Source: a virus
Reading direction: 5' to 3' (one strand)
DNA: 64,000 bases
IMG/VR virus record: IMGVR_UViG_3300030333_004588
Coordinates: 1 to 64,000 of that record
In this document: in pieces, positions 19,409-28,300 of the stretch
How positions within the stretch are numbered: the stretch's first letter is position 1
Layout of the letters: every line of letters starts with the position of its first letter
Position numbers and translations under genes: made by a program
The notes under the pieces: generated by a model
What the model was told of the DNA's origin: nothing
Seen by the model: the letters and a program-made list of their open reading frames with translations, nothing else
The model's database searches: none

Positions 19409-20829
19409 ACTTCAAATACCTCATAACTTTTTCTTGGTGTCCATTTTTCAAATGCAGTTTCCATATGGTCAATAAATAATTGAGACATATGTCTTGCAGT
19501 CATCATTGCATCATCTCCTGTTACAAATTCATGTCCGAGTTGACCTGCAGTTGTTCTTTCTTCTGGTGTTTTATCATACCAATATCTTATTGCATCTGCA
19601 ACATCAATCCAATCTGCTCTATCATCCATAATATATGGTGTTGGAACTGAACCTTGTAATGACCTTGTTCTCGGCCATACTGGTTTAACCCATTCACCAT
19701 GAGTTAAATCCTCGTTGTGTTCCCACTTTCTCCAATCGTGTAGTGAATGAATATCTTTGTAATCTTGATAAGTAATATACTCATCCTTTAATTTAAAACC
19801 ACATTGGTCTTGTAGTCCACCCGTAACATTAACAATGATTGGTGTTCCACTCATTAATGATTCACAAGTTCCTAATCCAAATCCCTCATTGGATGCAATA
19901 TTAATCGTTACATCAACTACATTATACAATTGATTCATACCCTCAGATGTAAGTTTCTCTGTTGAAAAGACAACATTTAAATCAGGACAAATTTCATCTA
20001 TGACTGCCGGTAAATCTGTTCCATTATTATCAACTGGTTGTGTATGTAAAACAAAACCAACTTTATCTCTTTGTTCTTGTGTTAATCCATCTGCAAATGT
20101 TTTAAATGCCAAGATTAAATCTGAAGTCATCTTTCTTCTAATATTTCTATTGTTAAATAAAATACAAAAATCTACCTCTTTACCATTAAACAATTCATTT
20201 TTTAGTTTATTAACTTTAAACTTTTCATCCTCATCAACTATTGGATAAAAATATTTCTCATTAATACCATGTGGAATATATGTTGAATCCCATTCTGTTC
20301 TTTCTTTATTCTGACAAACATTCTGAACAATATTGTGTGTTTGTTTAGAAATATTCATAATCAAATCACAACTCTCATAAAATGGTTCATTCCATTTTGG
20401 ATAAGGTAAGTCATCCCAAATATTATAATAGAAGATAGGAATACTTTGTCTAATTTCATGTTCCATTTGATACAACCAAACCCAAAATCTTGGGTCTGTG
20501 TAGTGTAGAATTGCATCTGGTTTTTCTTGAACTAAAAGTGACCTAACTAACTCTTGACTACCATAACCATCTATTGGATATATTGTTAATTTTGCATCTT
20601 CAACACCTGTTTCTTCCCTAACGGCCTGATTCATATCAATAATCTTTCCATTATCTGGATGTTTTATTGCTCCACCCACTTGAATCCAATCGTATTTATC
20701 AATAGTTCCGAAAACTATTTCCCTTGACATTGTTCCGACACCACTATGCATTCGTAAGTCATCTGACAATAATAAGATTTTCTTCTTTTTTGGTTTAGAA
20801 GAAATCTTCTGAAGTTTTGGTAATTGCAT
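19405..20829 (-). CDS. Glycosyltransferase family 4
   Basis: NRNIRRK; NEGFGLGTCESLMSGTP. Confidence 0.85.
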   Translation of the reverse strand: MQLPKLQKISSKPKKKKILLLSDDLRMHSGVGTMSREIVFGTIDKYDWIQVGGAIKHPDNGKIIDMNQAVREETGVEDAKLTIYPIDGYGSQELVRSLLVQEKPDAILHYTDPRFWVWLYQMEHEIRQSIPIFYYNIWDDLPYPKWNEPFYESCDLIMNISKQTHNIVQNVCQNKERTEWDSTYIPHGINEKYFYPIVDEDEKFKVNKLKNELFNGKEVDFCILFNNRNIRRKMTSDLILAFKTFADGLTQEQRDKVGFVLHTQPVDNNGTDLPAVIDEICPDLNVVFSTEKLTSEGMNQLYNVVDVTINIASNEGFGLGTCESLMSGTPIIVNVTGGLQDQCGFKLKDEYITYQDYKDIHSLHDWRKWEHNEDLTHGEWVKPVWPRTRSLQGSVPTPYIMDDRADWIDVADAIRYWYDKTPEERTTAGQLGHEFVTGDDAMMTARHMSQLFIDHMETAFEKWTPRKSYEVFEV

Positions 20830-20840
20830 TTATAACCTCT

Positions 20841-21035
20841 TTAAAATTTAGAACCACTTGTTTCTAAGTCGCTATTTTTTAGTACTTTTTCCTTAAATTC
20901 ATCATCGTATACAAATAAATGTAAACTACGATTAACTAATTTTTGTAACGAAAATTCTTCAGAGATAGATTTCTCTTTAAATTTACGATATAACTCATCA
21001 ATAACTTTTACTGATGTTAATTTTTCTTCACTCAT
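20841..21035 (-). CDS. Small putative DNA-binding protein (ribbon-helix-helix-like)
   Basis: LTSVKV strand followed by two helices. Confidence 0.5.
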   Translation of the reverse strand: MSEEKLTSVKVIDELYRKFKEKSISEEFSLQKLVNRSLHLFVYDDEFKEKVLKNSDLETSGSKF

Positions 21036-21089
21036 AATAATCTCTTTGTTTTAATTATCTATATATACATATATATATAAATATGTTAA

Positions 21090-21569
21090 TTAATCAAAAA
21101 TAATGAATTTTTTATCTATTTTTTTAGAATACTTTAATGCAGAACTTGTTCCATCTGTGACTTTACCATCTTTACAAAATGCAACTACATTATCACTATA
21201 TTTAACTAAATCCTTATTTCGTTTATGGTAATTTCCAACATTATATTGTTTATTATATCTAAATGCCCCAAACACACAATGTTGGTTATGTGATTCATGA
21301 TAAGGTGGAAACTCACTATAATCTATATCAAAGTCAAGTGAGAATTGTTTTGCATATTTATCTGCACCTTGTTTTGCACCACCACTAACTATTTCTAAAT
21401 CACTACCAATTTTTTCTTTTAATTTAAAAATAAAATCCTTTATTTTTCTTTTATTAGTATAACTTCTACTTCCTATGATTGCTACTTTCATCATCGTTTC
21501 TTTTTTGTCTCCTTGGTTTCTTATCTGGGTCTCTATTGACAAACTCCCAAGTCTGTTTAAAATTCTCAA
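21090..21569 (-). CDS. SLOG/DUF2493 (YspA-like) protein
   Basis: IIGSR, VSGGAKQGAD, RN, GT; true start is likely MMKVAIIG near 21494. Confidence 0.75.
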   Translation of the reverse strand: MRILNRLGSLSIETQIRNQGDKKETMMKVAIIGSRSYTNKRKIKDFIFKLKEKIGSDLEIVSGGAKQGADKYAKQFSLDFDIDYSEFPPYHESHNQHCVFGAFRYNKQYNVGNYHKRNKDLVKYSDNVVAFCKDGKVTDGTSSALKYSKKIDKKFIIFD

Positions 21570-21933
21570 TACCCTTTACTATACCATTACTTGGGTCATG
21601 GTATCTCCAACTAAATCTTGAATATTGTATATGATGTGCATCATGAACTTCCCTTGGTATAATATCATACCATATAAAATATAATTGTCTATCAAAAAAT
21701 TCAGGTCTTATTATAGTTTTTTGTGGTCTATCAGTAACAGCTTCCCTTTGTTTTAAAAATTCACTTAATCTACTTAAGTCTATAGTCTCGGTTTCCCTAT
21801 CATACCAAAAGTAAATTGTAAAGTGACATTGAAATGTATCTTCACTTATAGAAGATAAGGCATCTAATACTTCTTTTTCCCATGGTTTGTCAATAAAATC
21901 TGACAACTTTATTCTTAATGTTGGTGTAATCAT
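21466..21933 (-). CDS. Hypothetical protein
   Basis: ORF track. Confidence 0.5.
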   Translation of the reverse strand: MITPTLRIKLSDFIDKPWEKEVLDALSSISEDTFQCHFTIYFWYDRETETIDLSRLSEFLKQREAVTDRPQKTIIRPEFFDRQLYFIWYDIIPREVHDAHHIQYSRFSWRYHDPSNGIVKGIENFKQTWEFVNRDPDKKPRRQKRNDDESSNHRK

Positions 21934-22766
21934 TATAAGTCCTTACATAGTCTACATTTTTTATGTTTTTCACATTTTTCATAATCATGTGCGATAATTT
22001 TACCATTCTCGTCATAACACTCAGCCATAAATTCATCTAATCTACTCATAACCTTATTAATACTTGGTTTACCACTCGCAGGTGAAAACACTTGTAACCT
22101 TTTTTGTGGATATTGTATATTCTCATACAATTTTCTCTTCAATATTAAATATTCAATATCTATTTTATCCATTGGAATATCAGTAGTATCTGAAAAGAAT
22201 TTTTTATACAACAATAACTGATTAGTTTTATTCTTATCTGCCTTTTGATATTTATTCCAACCAAATGTTGCAGTTTTAATATCAATAATCTTAATACGAC
22301 CTGTTACTTTATTATGAATTACCACATCCATATATCCAACAAAAGTTAATTTATTTTCTAATTCAGATTTTATATCTAACTCAATACCAACTAATTCTGT
22401 ATTCTTTTTTGGAAAATGACTTGACTTTCTTTTTAGAAACTCGTCTATAATATTAATACCATCCTGAAAGAATGATTTCATATCTTCTAAACTTACATCA
22501 AAATCATCACCATGTTGTTCTTTAGATTTCTTGTAGTTCTCTTCCATTCTGTATTGTAGAATGTCATGTAGTGGTAATGAATCTGCATATTTAATTGTCT
22601 TACCATAATATGCAACCAAGTATGCCTGTATAGTTTCATGGATTGCAGTTCCAAATAAAGTATAAATGTTACCAACAAAAGTTTCTGCCTTATCTACATA
22701 ATCAAGTTTCCAAGTGTAAGGACACTTATCCCATTTTGAGAATTGACTATAACTAATTCTACTCAT
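21933..22766 (-). CDS. PD-(D/E)XK nuclease (RecB/Cas4-like)
   Basis: SYSQ..CP, GTAIHE, GYMD...IIDIKT, QLLLY, C-terminal Cys cluster. Confidence 0.8.
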   Translation of the reverse strand: MSRISYSQFSKWDKCPYTWKLDYVDKAETFVGNIYTLFGTAIHETIQAYLVAYYGKTIKYADSLPLHDILQYRMEENYKKSKEQHGDDFDVSLEDMKSFFQDGINIIDEFLKRKSSHFPKKNTELVGIELDIKSELENKLTFVGYMDVVIHNKVTGRIKIIDIKTATFGWNKYQKADKNKTNQLLLYKKFFSDTTDIPMDKIDIEYLILKRKLYENIQYPQKRLQVFSPASGKPSINKVMSRLDEFMAECYDENGKIIAHDYEKCEKHKKCRLCKDL

Positions 22767-23580
22767 CTATAATTGCTCTTCCTTTCATATCTTCCCAATC
22801 TCTATTCTTTCTTACTTTATTATTTACATTAAGAACCGATTTTAATAATTCTGAATCAAACTCACTAACTATGGCTGAAACATCTTTAGGTAAACAATGT
22901 CCACCAAATCCCAACTCACCATCTGGTCCTGGAACTGCCCAATGTGATTTACCTAATCGTTCATCATATGTGGCATACTCAACTACTTTGTCGTAGTCAA
23001 TTCCTATCTCATCACATACTATTTTCATTTCATTTGCAAATGATACTTTAGTTGCCAAGAAACAATTAATAAAATACTTGACCATTTCTGCAGTCTTACT
23101 ACCTGTCTTAACTATTGTGGCATGTGGAAATACTTTTGAATAAATTTGTCTTAACTTGTTAGTTCCTTTTCTTGTTCCACCTAATACTATACGACTTTGA
23201 TTCTTGAAGTCTTCAAGGTAGTTTGCTTCTGTTAAAAATTCTGGATTAAAAATAACACTAATATTATTATATTTTTTGTTCAAACTATCTGTAGTTCCAG
23301 GTGGAATGGTAGACTTAATCACTACAATATGTCCATTTCCATATTCATTAATCTCACTAATAACTTCTTCTACAATATCAATATGACAAGTTCCATCTTG
23401 TCTCATTGGTGTTGGGACACATACAAAGATTACTTCACATCTATCAACTAAATTTTCTATAGTATCACAAGTACTTCTTTCTTCAAGTTTATCATATACT
23501 TCTATATCATAGTATGGTTCAAACCCAACCTTAATTGCAGTTCCAACATAACCTTGACCAACTATTCCTATTTTCCCCAT
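22759..23580 (-). CDS. UDP-glucose/GDP-mannose dehydrogenase family (lacks C-terminal domain)
   Basis: GQGYVG, CVPTP, KST, NPEFL, GFGGHCLPKD. Confidence 0.85.
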   Translation of the reverse strand: MGKIGIVGQGYVGTAIKVGFEPYYDIEVYDKLEERSTCDTIENLVDRCEVIFVCVPTPMRQDGTCHIDIVEEVISEINEYGNGHIVVIKSTIPPGTTDSLNKKYNNISVIFNPEFLTEANYLEDFKNQSRIVLGGTRKGTNKLRQIYSKVFPHATIVKTGSKTAEMVKYFINCFLATKVSFANEMKIVCDEIGIDYDKVVEYATYDERLGKSHWAVPGPDGELGFGGHCLPKDVSAIVSEFDSELLKSVLNVNNKVRKNRDWEDMKGRAIIDE

Positions 23581-23963
23581 TTACCTCTTCCAACTATAGT
23601 TGCCATAATACCATAATTACTAACATCAAGATATGCATCTTCCATTGGTTCACCCTCAACTGCATTTTCTCTACCACTCATCAACAATGTTTTTAATCTC
23701 TGTAGTTTATCGTTCATCCTAAACCATAAACCTGTAAGTGATAACTTAACTTCATCATCTGTCTGTAATTGTGTTCCAACTGAAATATTACCTGGGCCGT
23801 AATCATGTTGTTTGTGTAAGAACAATTTATATTGTTCTGCCTGAATTCTTTTGAATTCTGTAGTCATCTCTGGCCACTCCTTTTCCATCTGTTCTACAAC
23901 ATCATATTCATGTGTAGTGGATGTAGGATTATCTTTGATAACCTTTACCATATTTTTCTCCAA
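23568..23963 (-). CDS. DUF1599 / nucleotide-modification-associated domain protein
   Basis: KQHDYG...RMNDKLQRL...DAYLDVSNYG. Confidence 0.7.
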   Translation of the reverse strand: MEKNMVKVIKDNPTSTTHEYDVVEQMEKEWPEMTTEFKRIQAEQYKLFLHKQHDYGPGNISVGTQLQTDDEVKLSLTGLWFRMNDKLQRLKTLLMSGRENAVEGEPMEDAYLDVSNYGIMATIVGRGKWGK

Positions 23964-23976
23964 TTTACTATATGTT

Positions 23977-24006
23977 AATATACGACACTTTTGGTATAAG
24001 TGTCAA
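23977..24006 (-). promoter_or_regulatory. Sigma70-type (early) promoter
   Basis: A tract-GC-TTGACA-N18-TATATT. Confidence 0.7.
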
Positions 24007-24014
24007 GCTTTTTT

Positions 24015-24569
24015 TTATACAATTTTATCAATGATACCATACTCTAAACATTTATCTGCATTTAAATATGAATCATTTCTTCCTGCAAGTTCCCAAAACC
24101 TTGCATCTTGATTTGTGATTTCACCCAACAATTTATTAATATCTTTTTGTAACTCTTTTAAATGGTCAACACCTTTCATAACATCTGTAGTTTTACCTGC
24201 CTCAAATGCTTGTCCCTCATGAACCATTACGGTGGAATGTTTTGTCATTGTTCTTTCACCTGTCCCACTTGCCAACAATACTGATGCAGCACTCATACAA
24301 GTTCCAACACAATGTGTATTTACTTTAACTGGTAAACTTCTAATATAATCTACCAACCCTAACATCGCATAAACATCACCACCATACGAAGCAATATTTA
24401 AATTGATATCAGTATCAGGGTTTACTCTCACTAAATAATCACACTTTACTATCGTTGAATACAATGAATCTATATCAAACTCATAATTCATATAAGTGGT
24501 ATTGGTTTTTGAATTAACACCCCACTCCATTTCTTTCATATAAAATGATTCTTCTTTTCTATAACTCAT
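24015..24569 (-). CDS. clpP: ClpP-like protease
   Basis: IASYGG, CMSAAS (catalytic Ser), VMVHE, YGIIDKI. Confidence 0.85.
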   Translation of the reverse strand: MSYRKEESFYMKEMEWGVNSKTNTTYMNYEFDIDSLYSTIVKCDYLVRVNPDTDINLNIASYGGDVYAMLGLVDYIRSLPVKVNTHCVGTCMSAASVLLASGTGERTMTKHSTVMVHEGQAFEAGKTTDVMKGVDHLKELQKDINKLLGEITNQDARFWELAGRNDSYLNADKCLEYGIIDKIV

Positions 24570-25000
24570 TACTTACTCCATATTTTTTTTAATTGTTTGT
24601 CTTCTACACCATATTTCATTATAATTGTGGTAACTTGTTCTTTTGTTAATAACTCTAAATGGTCTTCTACTTCTCTTGTACTACATTGAAAATAATCTAC
24701 CAAATGTTCCATTGCCCAACTTTCAACTTTAGATTTCTTTTTTGGTTTTACATATCTTAAAAAAGTTCTACCTCTTGGTAATATATCAATATAAAACTGA
24801 TAAAGATTCTTTGGATTCATTTCCCAATATTTTTGAACTTCATTTACAACTTGTATCCAATCTGATTTCATACTTAAAAACCTATTTACCATGTAATTTG
24901 ACCAAGTTTTCTTATCAGATTCAGATAATGAATCCCAATACAATGTATTTTGGACATTGGTAATTTGTTTTATATGGTCAAATAGTGTTTTTGCTTTCAT
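24569..25000 (-). CDS. Clamp loader small subunit (T4 gp62-like)
   Basis: LFDHI...YMVNRFLS...N...FLRY pattern; replication context. Confidence 0.65.
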   Translation of the reverse strand: MKAKTLFDHIKQITNVQNTLYWDSLSESDKKTWSNYMVNRFLSMKSDWIQVVNEVQKYWEMNPKNLYQFYIDILPRGRTFLRYVKPKKKSKVESWAMEHLVDYFQCSTREVEDHLELLTKEQVTTIIMKYGVEDKQLKKIWSK

Positions 25001-25050
25001 GTTGAATAACCTTTAGATATATATAAATAGTTTATCACTAATCAAAAACA

Positions 25051-25482
25051 TTAATTTTTTTCTTTCTTTGATAGAAAATCAACTATATTTTCGTAGTATA
25101 AAATTCTATGATTTGGATGTAATTGAACTAAACCTTTCATTTTTTTATTTGCACTCATTATTTCATAACGAGTTAACTTTATTCCCTCAAGTTTATAATA
25201 AGAATCAACTTGTGCTCCTATATCTTTTCTTAACAATAAAAATACCATATCGGCATAATCAATTATTTCTTTAAGATAATCTTGACTTTTTACAAAATCA
25301 CACTTCATACTTTTCCATTTGGATTTTTCCATAAACTTTTCAAATCCCATTGATTGAATTGTATTTTTATGTTTATCAAAATCTGGTTCATTCCAAAATT
25401 CTTGACCTGTGATTTGTTCTAAGGTCTTTTTGAAATTAGTTGAACCAACTCTCCAATGTGATAATATTACTATTTTAGACAT
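25051..25482 (-). CDS. Short sulfotransferase-like (P-loop) protein
   Basis: HWRVGST, NEP, LLRKD..AQVDS, YYE. Confidence 0.55.
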   Translation of the reverse strand: MSKIVILSHWRVGSTNFKKTLEQITGQEFWNEPDFDKHKNTIQSMGFEKFMEKSKWKSMKCDFVKSQDYLKEIIDYADMVFLLLRKDIGAQVDSYYKLEGIKLTRYEIMSANKKMKGLVQLHPNHRILYYENIVDFLSKKEKN

Positions 25483-26024
25483 TCCATTTCCTTACATTGA
25501 AAACATTCACCACAAATTTCTTCCTCTCTACACCACCAAACTTCCTCTTGTATTCCACTTCCTAATAAATTCCAACACTTTTCTTTAGTAAACTTTTTCA
25601 ATGGTGTTGTTAATTTTATTTTATGTTTTGTATAAACATCGTTCTCATTACATGCATCAACCATTTGATATAATGTTTTTAAATTTGTTGGTGAATCTTC
25701 AGTATCATTATCTGATTTTGTAAACCCTACTGATACTTCATCATACTCTTCTTGATATGCAATTCTCATACCATCAACCAAACATATAAACACATCACCA
25801 AGAACACTTGCATATTGAGTAGATGTAGTGAACTCAAATGGTTTTATTTTTTGTAATATTGGTTCTATATTTTTAACGGCATTCAATTGTTTATTAACCA
25901 TACCACCTCTGTTTAACAATTTAACATGGTGTGCATGAACTTCACAATTTGTTTGTTCTAAATGAAACTTTAAAAGTGCAGTTGAATCAACTCCACCACT
26001 CCATAATATCAAAACTTTTACCAA
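25470..26024 (-). CDS. QueC-like PP-loop ATPase
   Basis: SGGVDS, PLKKFTK, WWC...CGECFQC. Confidence 0.7.
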   Translation of the reverse strand: MVKVLILWSGGVDSTALLKFHLEQTNCEVHAHHVKLLNRGGMVNKQLNAVKNIEPILQKIKPFEFTTSTQYASVLGDVFICLVDGMRIAYQEEYDEVSVGFTKSDNDTEDSPTNLKTLYQMVDACNENDVYTKHKIKLTTPLKKFTKEKCWNLLGSGIQEEVWWCREEEICGECFQCKEMECLK

Positions 26025-26557
26025 TTTAAATCCTCACCCATTGTCCATGATAATAATGTAATTCGTTTACCCTTTACTACAGGAGTAACTCTATGATATA
26101 AAAATATTGGAAACACTAATGCAACTCCAACTTCTTGTTTTACTTTAAAAACTTCACCTTGAAAAAATTCAAGTTCTCCACCCTCACAATCTAAACTTAA
26201 TGGTATTGTAACTCCCAATCTACGATTATCATTTAACACATCAGTATGCCAATCAAAACCATCATTAACATTATACTCTTTTATAGAGATATAGTCTACT
26301 AAACCCTTATATTGTGTATTGAAGTATTTTTCATTAATGATTGATAAATAGGTTTCCATCCTTTCTCTCACCCATGTATCATTATTTAAAATCTTTGCTG
26401 GATAATTTCCGTAATTCTTTGAATATTTTTTCTTTTGTTCAATTGCCTCTTTACTATCCTCAGTAATTAATTTGGATGGTAATTCTAATATCTTTTCACA
26501 CTCTTCTTTTGAAAATATCTTTTGTGTAATAACTAAATCTTTCATTATACAAAACAA
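26018..26557 (-). CDS. 2OG-Fe(II) oxygenase
   Basis: HTD...GGEL...HRVTPV..GKR. Confidence 0.85.
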   Translation of the reverse strand: MFCIMKDLVITQKIFSKEECEKILELPSKLITEDSKEAIEQKKKYSKNYGNYPAKILNNDTWVRERMETYLSIINEKYFNTQYKGLVDYISIKEYNVNDGFDWHTDVLNDNRRLGVTIPLSLDCEGGELEFFQGEVFKVKQEVGVALVFPIFLYHRVTPVVKGKRITLLSWTMGEDLNW

Positions 26558-27111
26558 TCTCCCTCTATTGTAAACATTACTACAAATCTATCTGCCCCAC
26601 TATATTTTAATGGACGATGTGCTGCAAATGATGGATACATAACTAATCTTCCAGTTTTTGGTTCAACTTTTCCTTTTAAAATTTCAAGTTCACCACCATC
26701 AAAATCATCATTCAAAAATACTATACCAGTTATCTTATGTGTTGTCCCATTTATACCAGTTTCATCTTCACCATTAGCAAAATCTGAATGTAATGTATAA
26801 TCACCACCATGTTCTCCATCAGGATAATATAAACCAGTTGAGTTTGTAATGTCCTCAATATCAAATTTCCAATATAAATTATTTGCAATTTTAAAATTTA
26901 CATAGGCCCTATCAACTAACCATTGATAATCAGTTTCTTCACCTTTATTATATAAAATTGATTTCCATTGTATACCCTCAGGAATATAACCATAATTTTT
27001 ACAAGTAGATTTAATGTGTTTTTTTAAATTATCACATTCTTCTTGTGATAAAAAATTATCTTTAATTACACTCCATTTAAAATCCCTATTTTCTTTAGGC
27101 AAAATGGTCAC
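26545..27111 (-). CDS. 2OG-Fe(II) oxygenase
   Basis: HSD...FDGGEL...H...R. Confidence 0.8.
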   Translation of the reverse strand: MTILPKENRDFKWSVIKDNFLSQEECDNLKKHIKSTCKNYGYIPEGIQWKSILYNKGEETDYQWLVDRAYVNFKIANNLYWKFDIEDITNSTGLYYPDGEHGGDYTLHSDFANGEDETGINGTTHKITGIVFLNDDFDGGELEILKGKVEPKTGRLVMYPSFAAHRPLKYSGADRFVVMFTIEGDCFV

Positions 27112-27730
27112 CTATAAACAATTCTTGTAACACATATCGTTTACCCTTTGTTACAGGTTTTACTCTATGTGATGTGAATGCAGGGAAGAATGTTATTGAA
27201 CCTTTTTTCTTTTCCATCTCATACCATTTTTTATCTTCATCTTGAAATCCAAACTGAACTTCTCCACCCTCATATTCACTTGGGTCTGTTAATTGAACTA
27301 TTGCAACTAATTTTCTTAAAGAACATATACCTGGATTAAAATCTGCATGCCATGTGTAATGTCCACCCTTATCATACTCAATCATTTTTAGTTCACCATC
27401 AGTATCTTTAATATCAAAATGAAATACACCATCATTAACAACTCTCATCATCATTTCTATTTTTTTAGATAACCATGTCCAATTACCATTTGGATAATCT
27501 GGTCTAAACTTATTTTCTAATTGTGGTAATAAATAATATTCTTTTGTGGTTCTAACCTCTGGCATTATTTGATTCTCTAATGGTTTACCATCTTCATCTT
27601 CTGAACCAACACAACCTATTACATTTGTTTCTTGTGATTTAATTTGTTCTACAAGTTCATCACACTTTTCGTCTGTTAAAAAGTTTGGTATCTGTATTGA
27701 CCATTTAAAATCGTTATTTTGTTTATACAA
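27095..27730 (-). CDS. 2OG-Fe(II) oxygenase
   Basis: HAD...RKL...YEGGE...HRVKPVTKGKR. Confidence 0.85.
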   Translation of the reverse strand: MYKQNNDFKWSIQIPNFLTDEKCDELVEQIKSQETNVIGCVGSEDEDGKPLENQIMPEVRTTKEYYLLPQLENKFRPDYPNGNWTWLSKKIEMMMRVVNDGVFHFDIKDTDGELKMIEYDKGGHYTWHADFNPGICSLRKLVAIVQLTDPSEYEGGEVQFGFQDEDKKWYEMEKKKGSITFFPAFTSHRVKPVTKGKRYVLQELFIGDHFA

Positions 27731-28295
27731 AAGTATCTCCTTCCATCCAGGTAATTATTGAATATCTTGTTCCTTTAGTTATTGGTGTAACTCTATGTGA
27801 TAAGAAAGATGGAAATACTAATAAACAACCTTTACCTCTATTTCCCTTTACTAAATCATCACCCTTAGCATCTGTTATACCAAATTCAAAATCACCACCC
27901 TCATAATCTTTATCATCACTCAACTGAATGATTGCAGTAAGTTTTCTCATAGAACACTCATGTCTTCCATAATCTGTATGCCAATTGTAAGTTCCACCTA
28001 TTCCATACTTTAAGAACCTAAGTGTATCTATACTTTCTATATCATATCTAAAGTAATTTATATTTGCAACTTTAATTGCTGAATTTATTTTATTGAATAG
28101 GTTTTTATCAAGGAAATCAACATTGAGTGTTTGTCTGACATTATTATTGATATTTTTTTTACCACTATAATCTCCTACTACCTCACCCTCTGTTAATTCA
28201 TCAGTATCAAGAGATTGAATTAATTTATCACATTCTATATCACTTAAAAAATTCTCTTTGAATACTACAAACTGAAACCTATCATTTTTTTTCAT
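27723..28295 (-). CDS. 2OG-Fe(II) oxygenase
   Basis: HTD...RKL...YEGGD...HRVTPITKGTR. Confidence 0.85.
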   Translation of the reverse strand: MKKNDRFQFVVFKENFLSDIECDKLIQSLDTDELTEGEVVGDYSGKKNINNNVRQTLNVDFLDKNLFNKINSAIKVANINYFRYDIESIDTLRFLKYGIGGTYNWHTDYGRHECSMRKLTAIIQLSDDKDYEGGDFEFGITDAKGDDLVKGNRGKGCLLVFPSFLSHRVTPITKGTRYSIITWMEGDTFV

Positions 28296-28300
28296 ACAGC

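Noticed and set aside
21933-22766. Cas4-like nuclease as a sign of CRISPR-Cas
   Set aside because: No repeat-spacer array or other cas genes are seen; stand-alone PD-(D/E)XK nucleases are common in phages.
25470-26024. Complete 7-deazaguanine DNA-modification pathway
   Set aside because: Only a short QueC-like gene is present; folE, queD, queE and dpdA are not in this window, though they could lie elsewhere in the genome.
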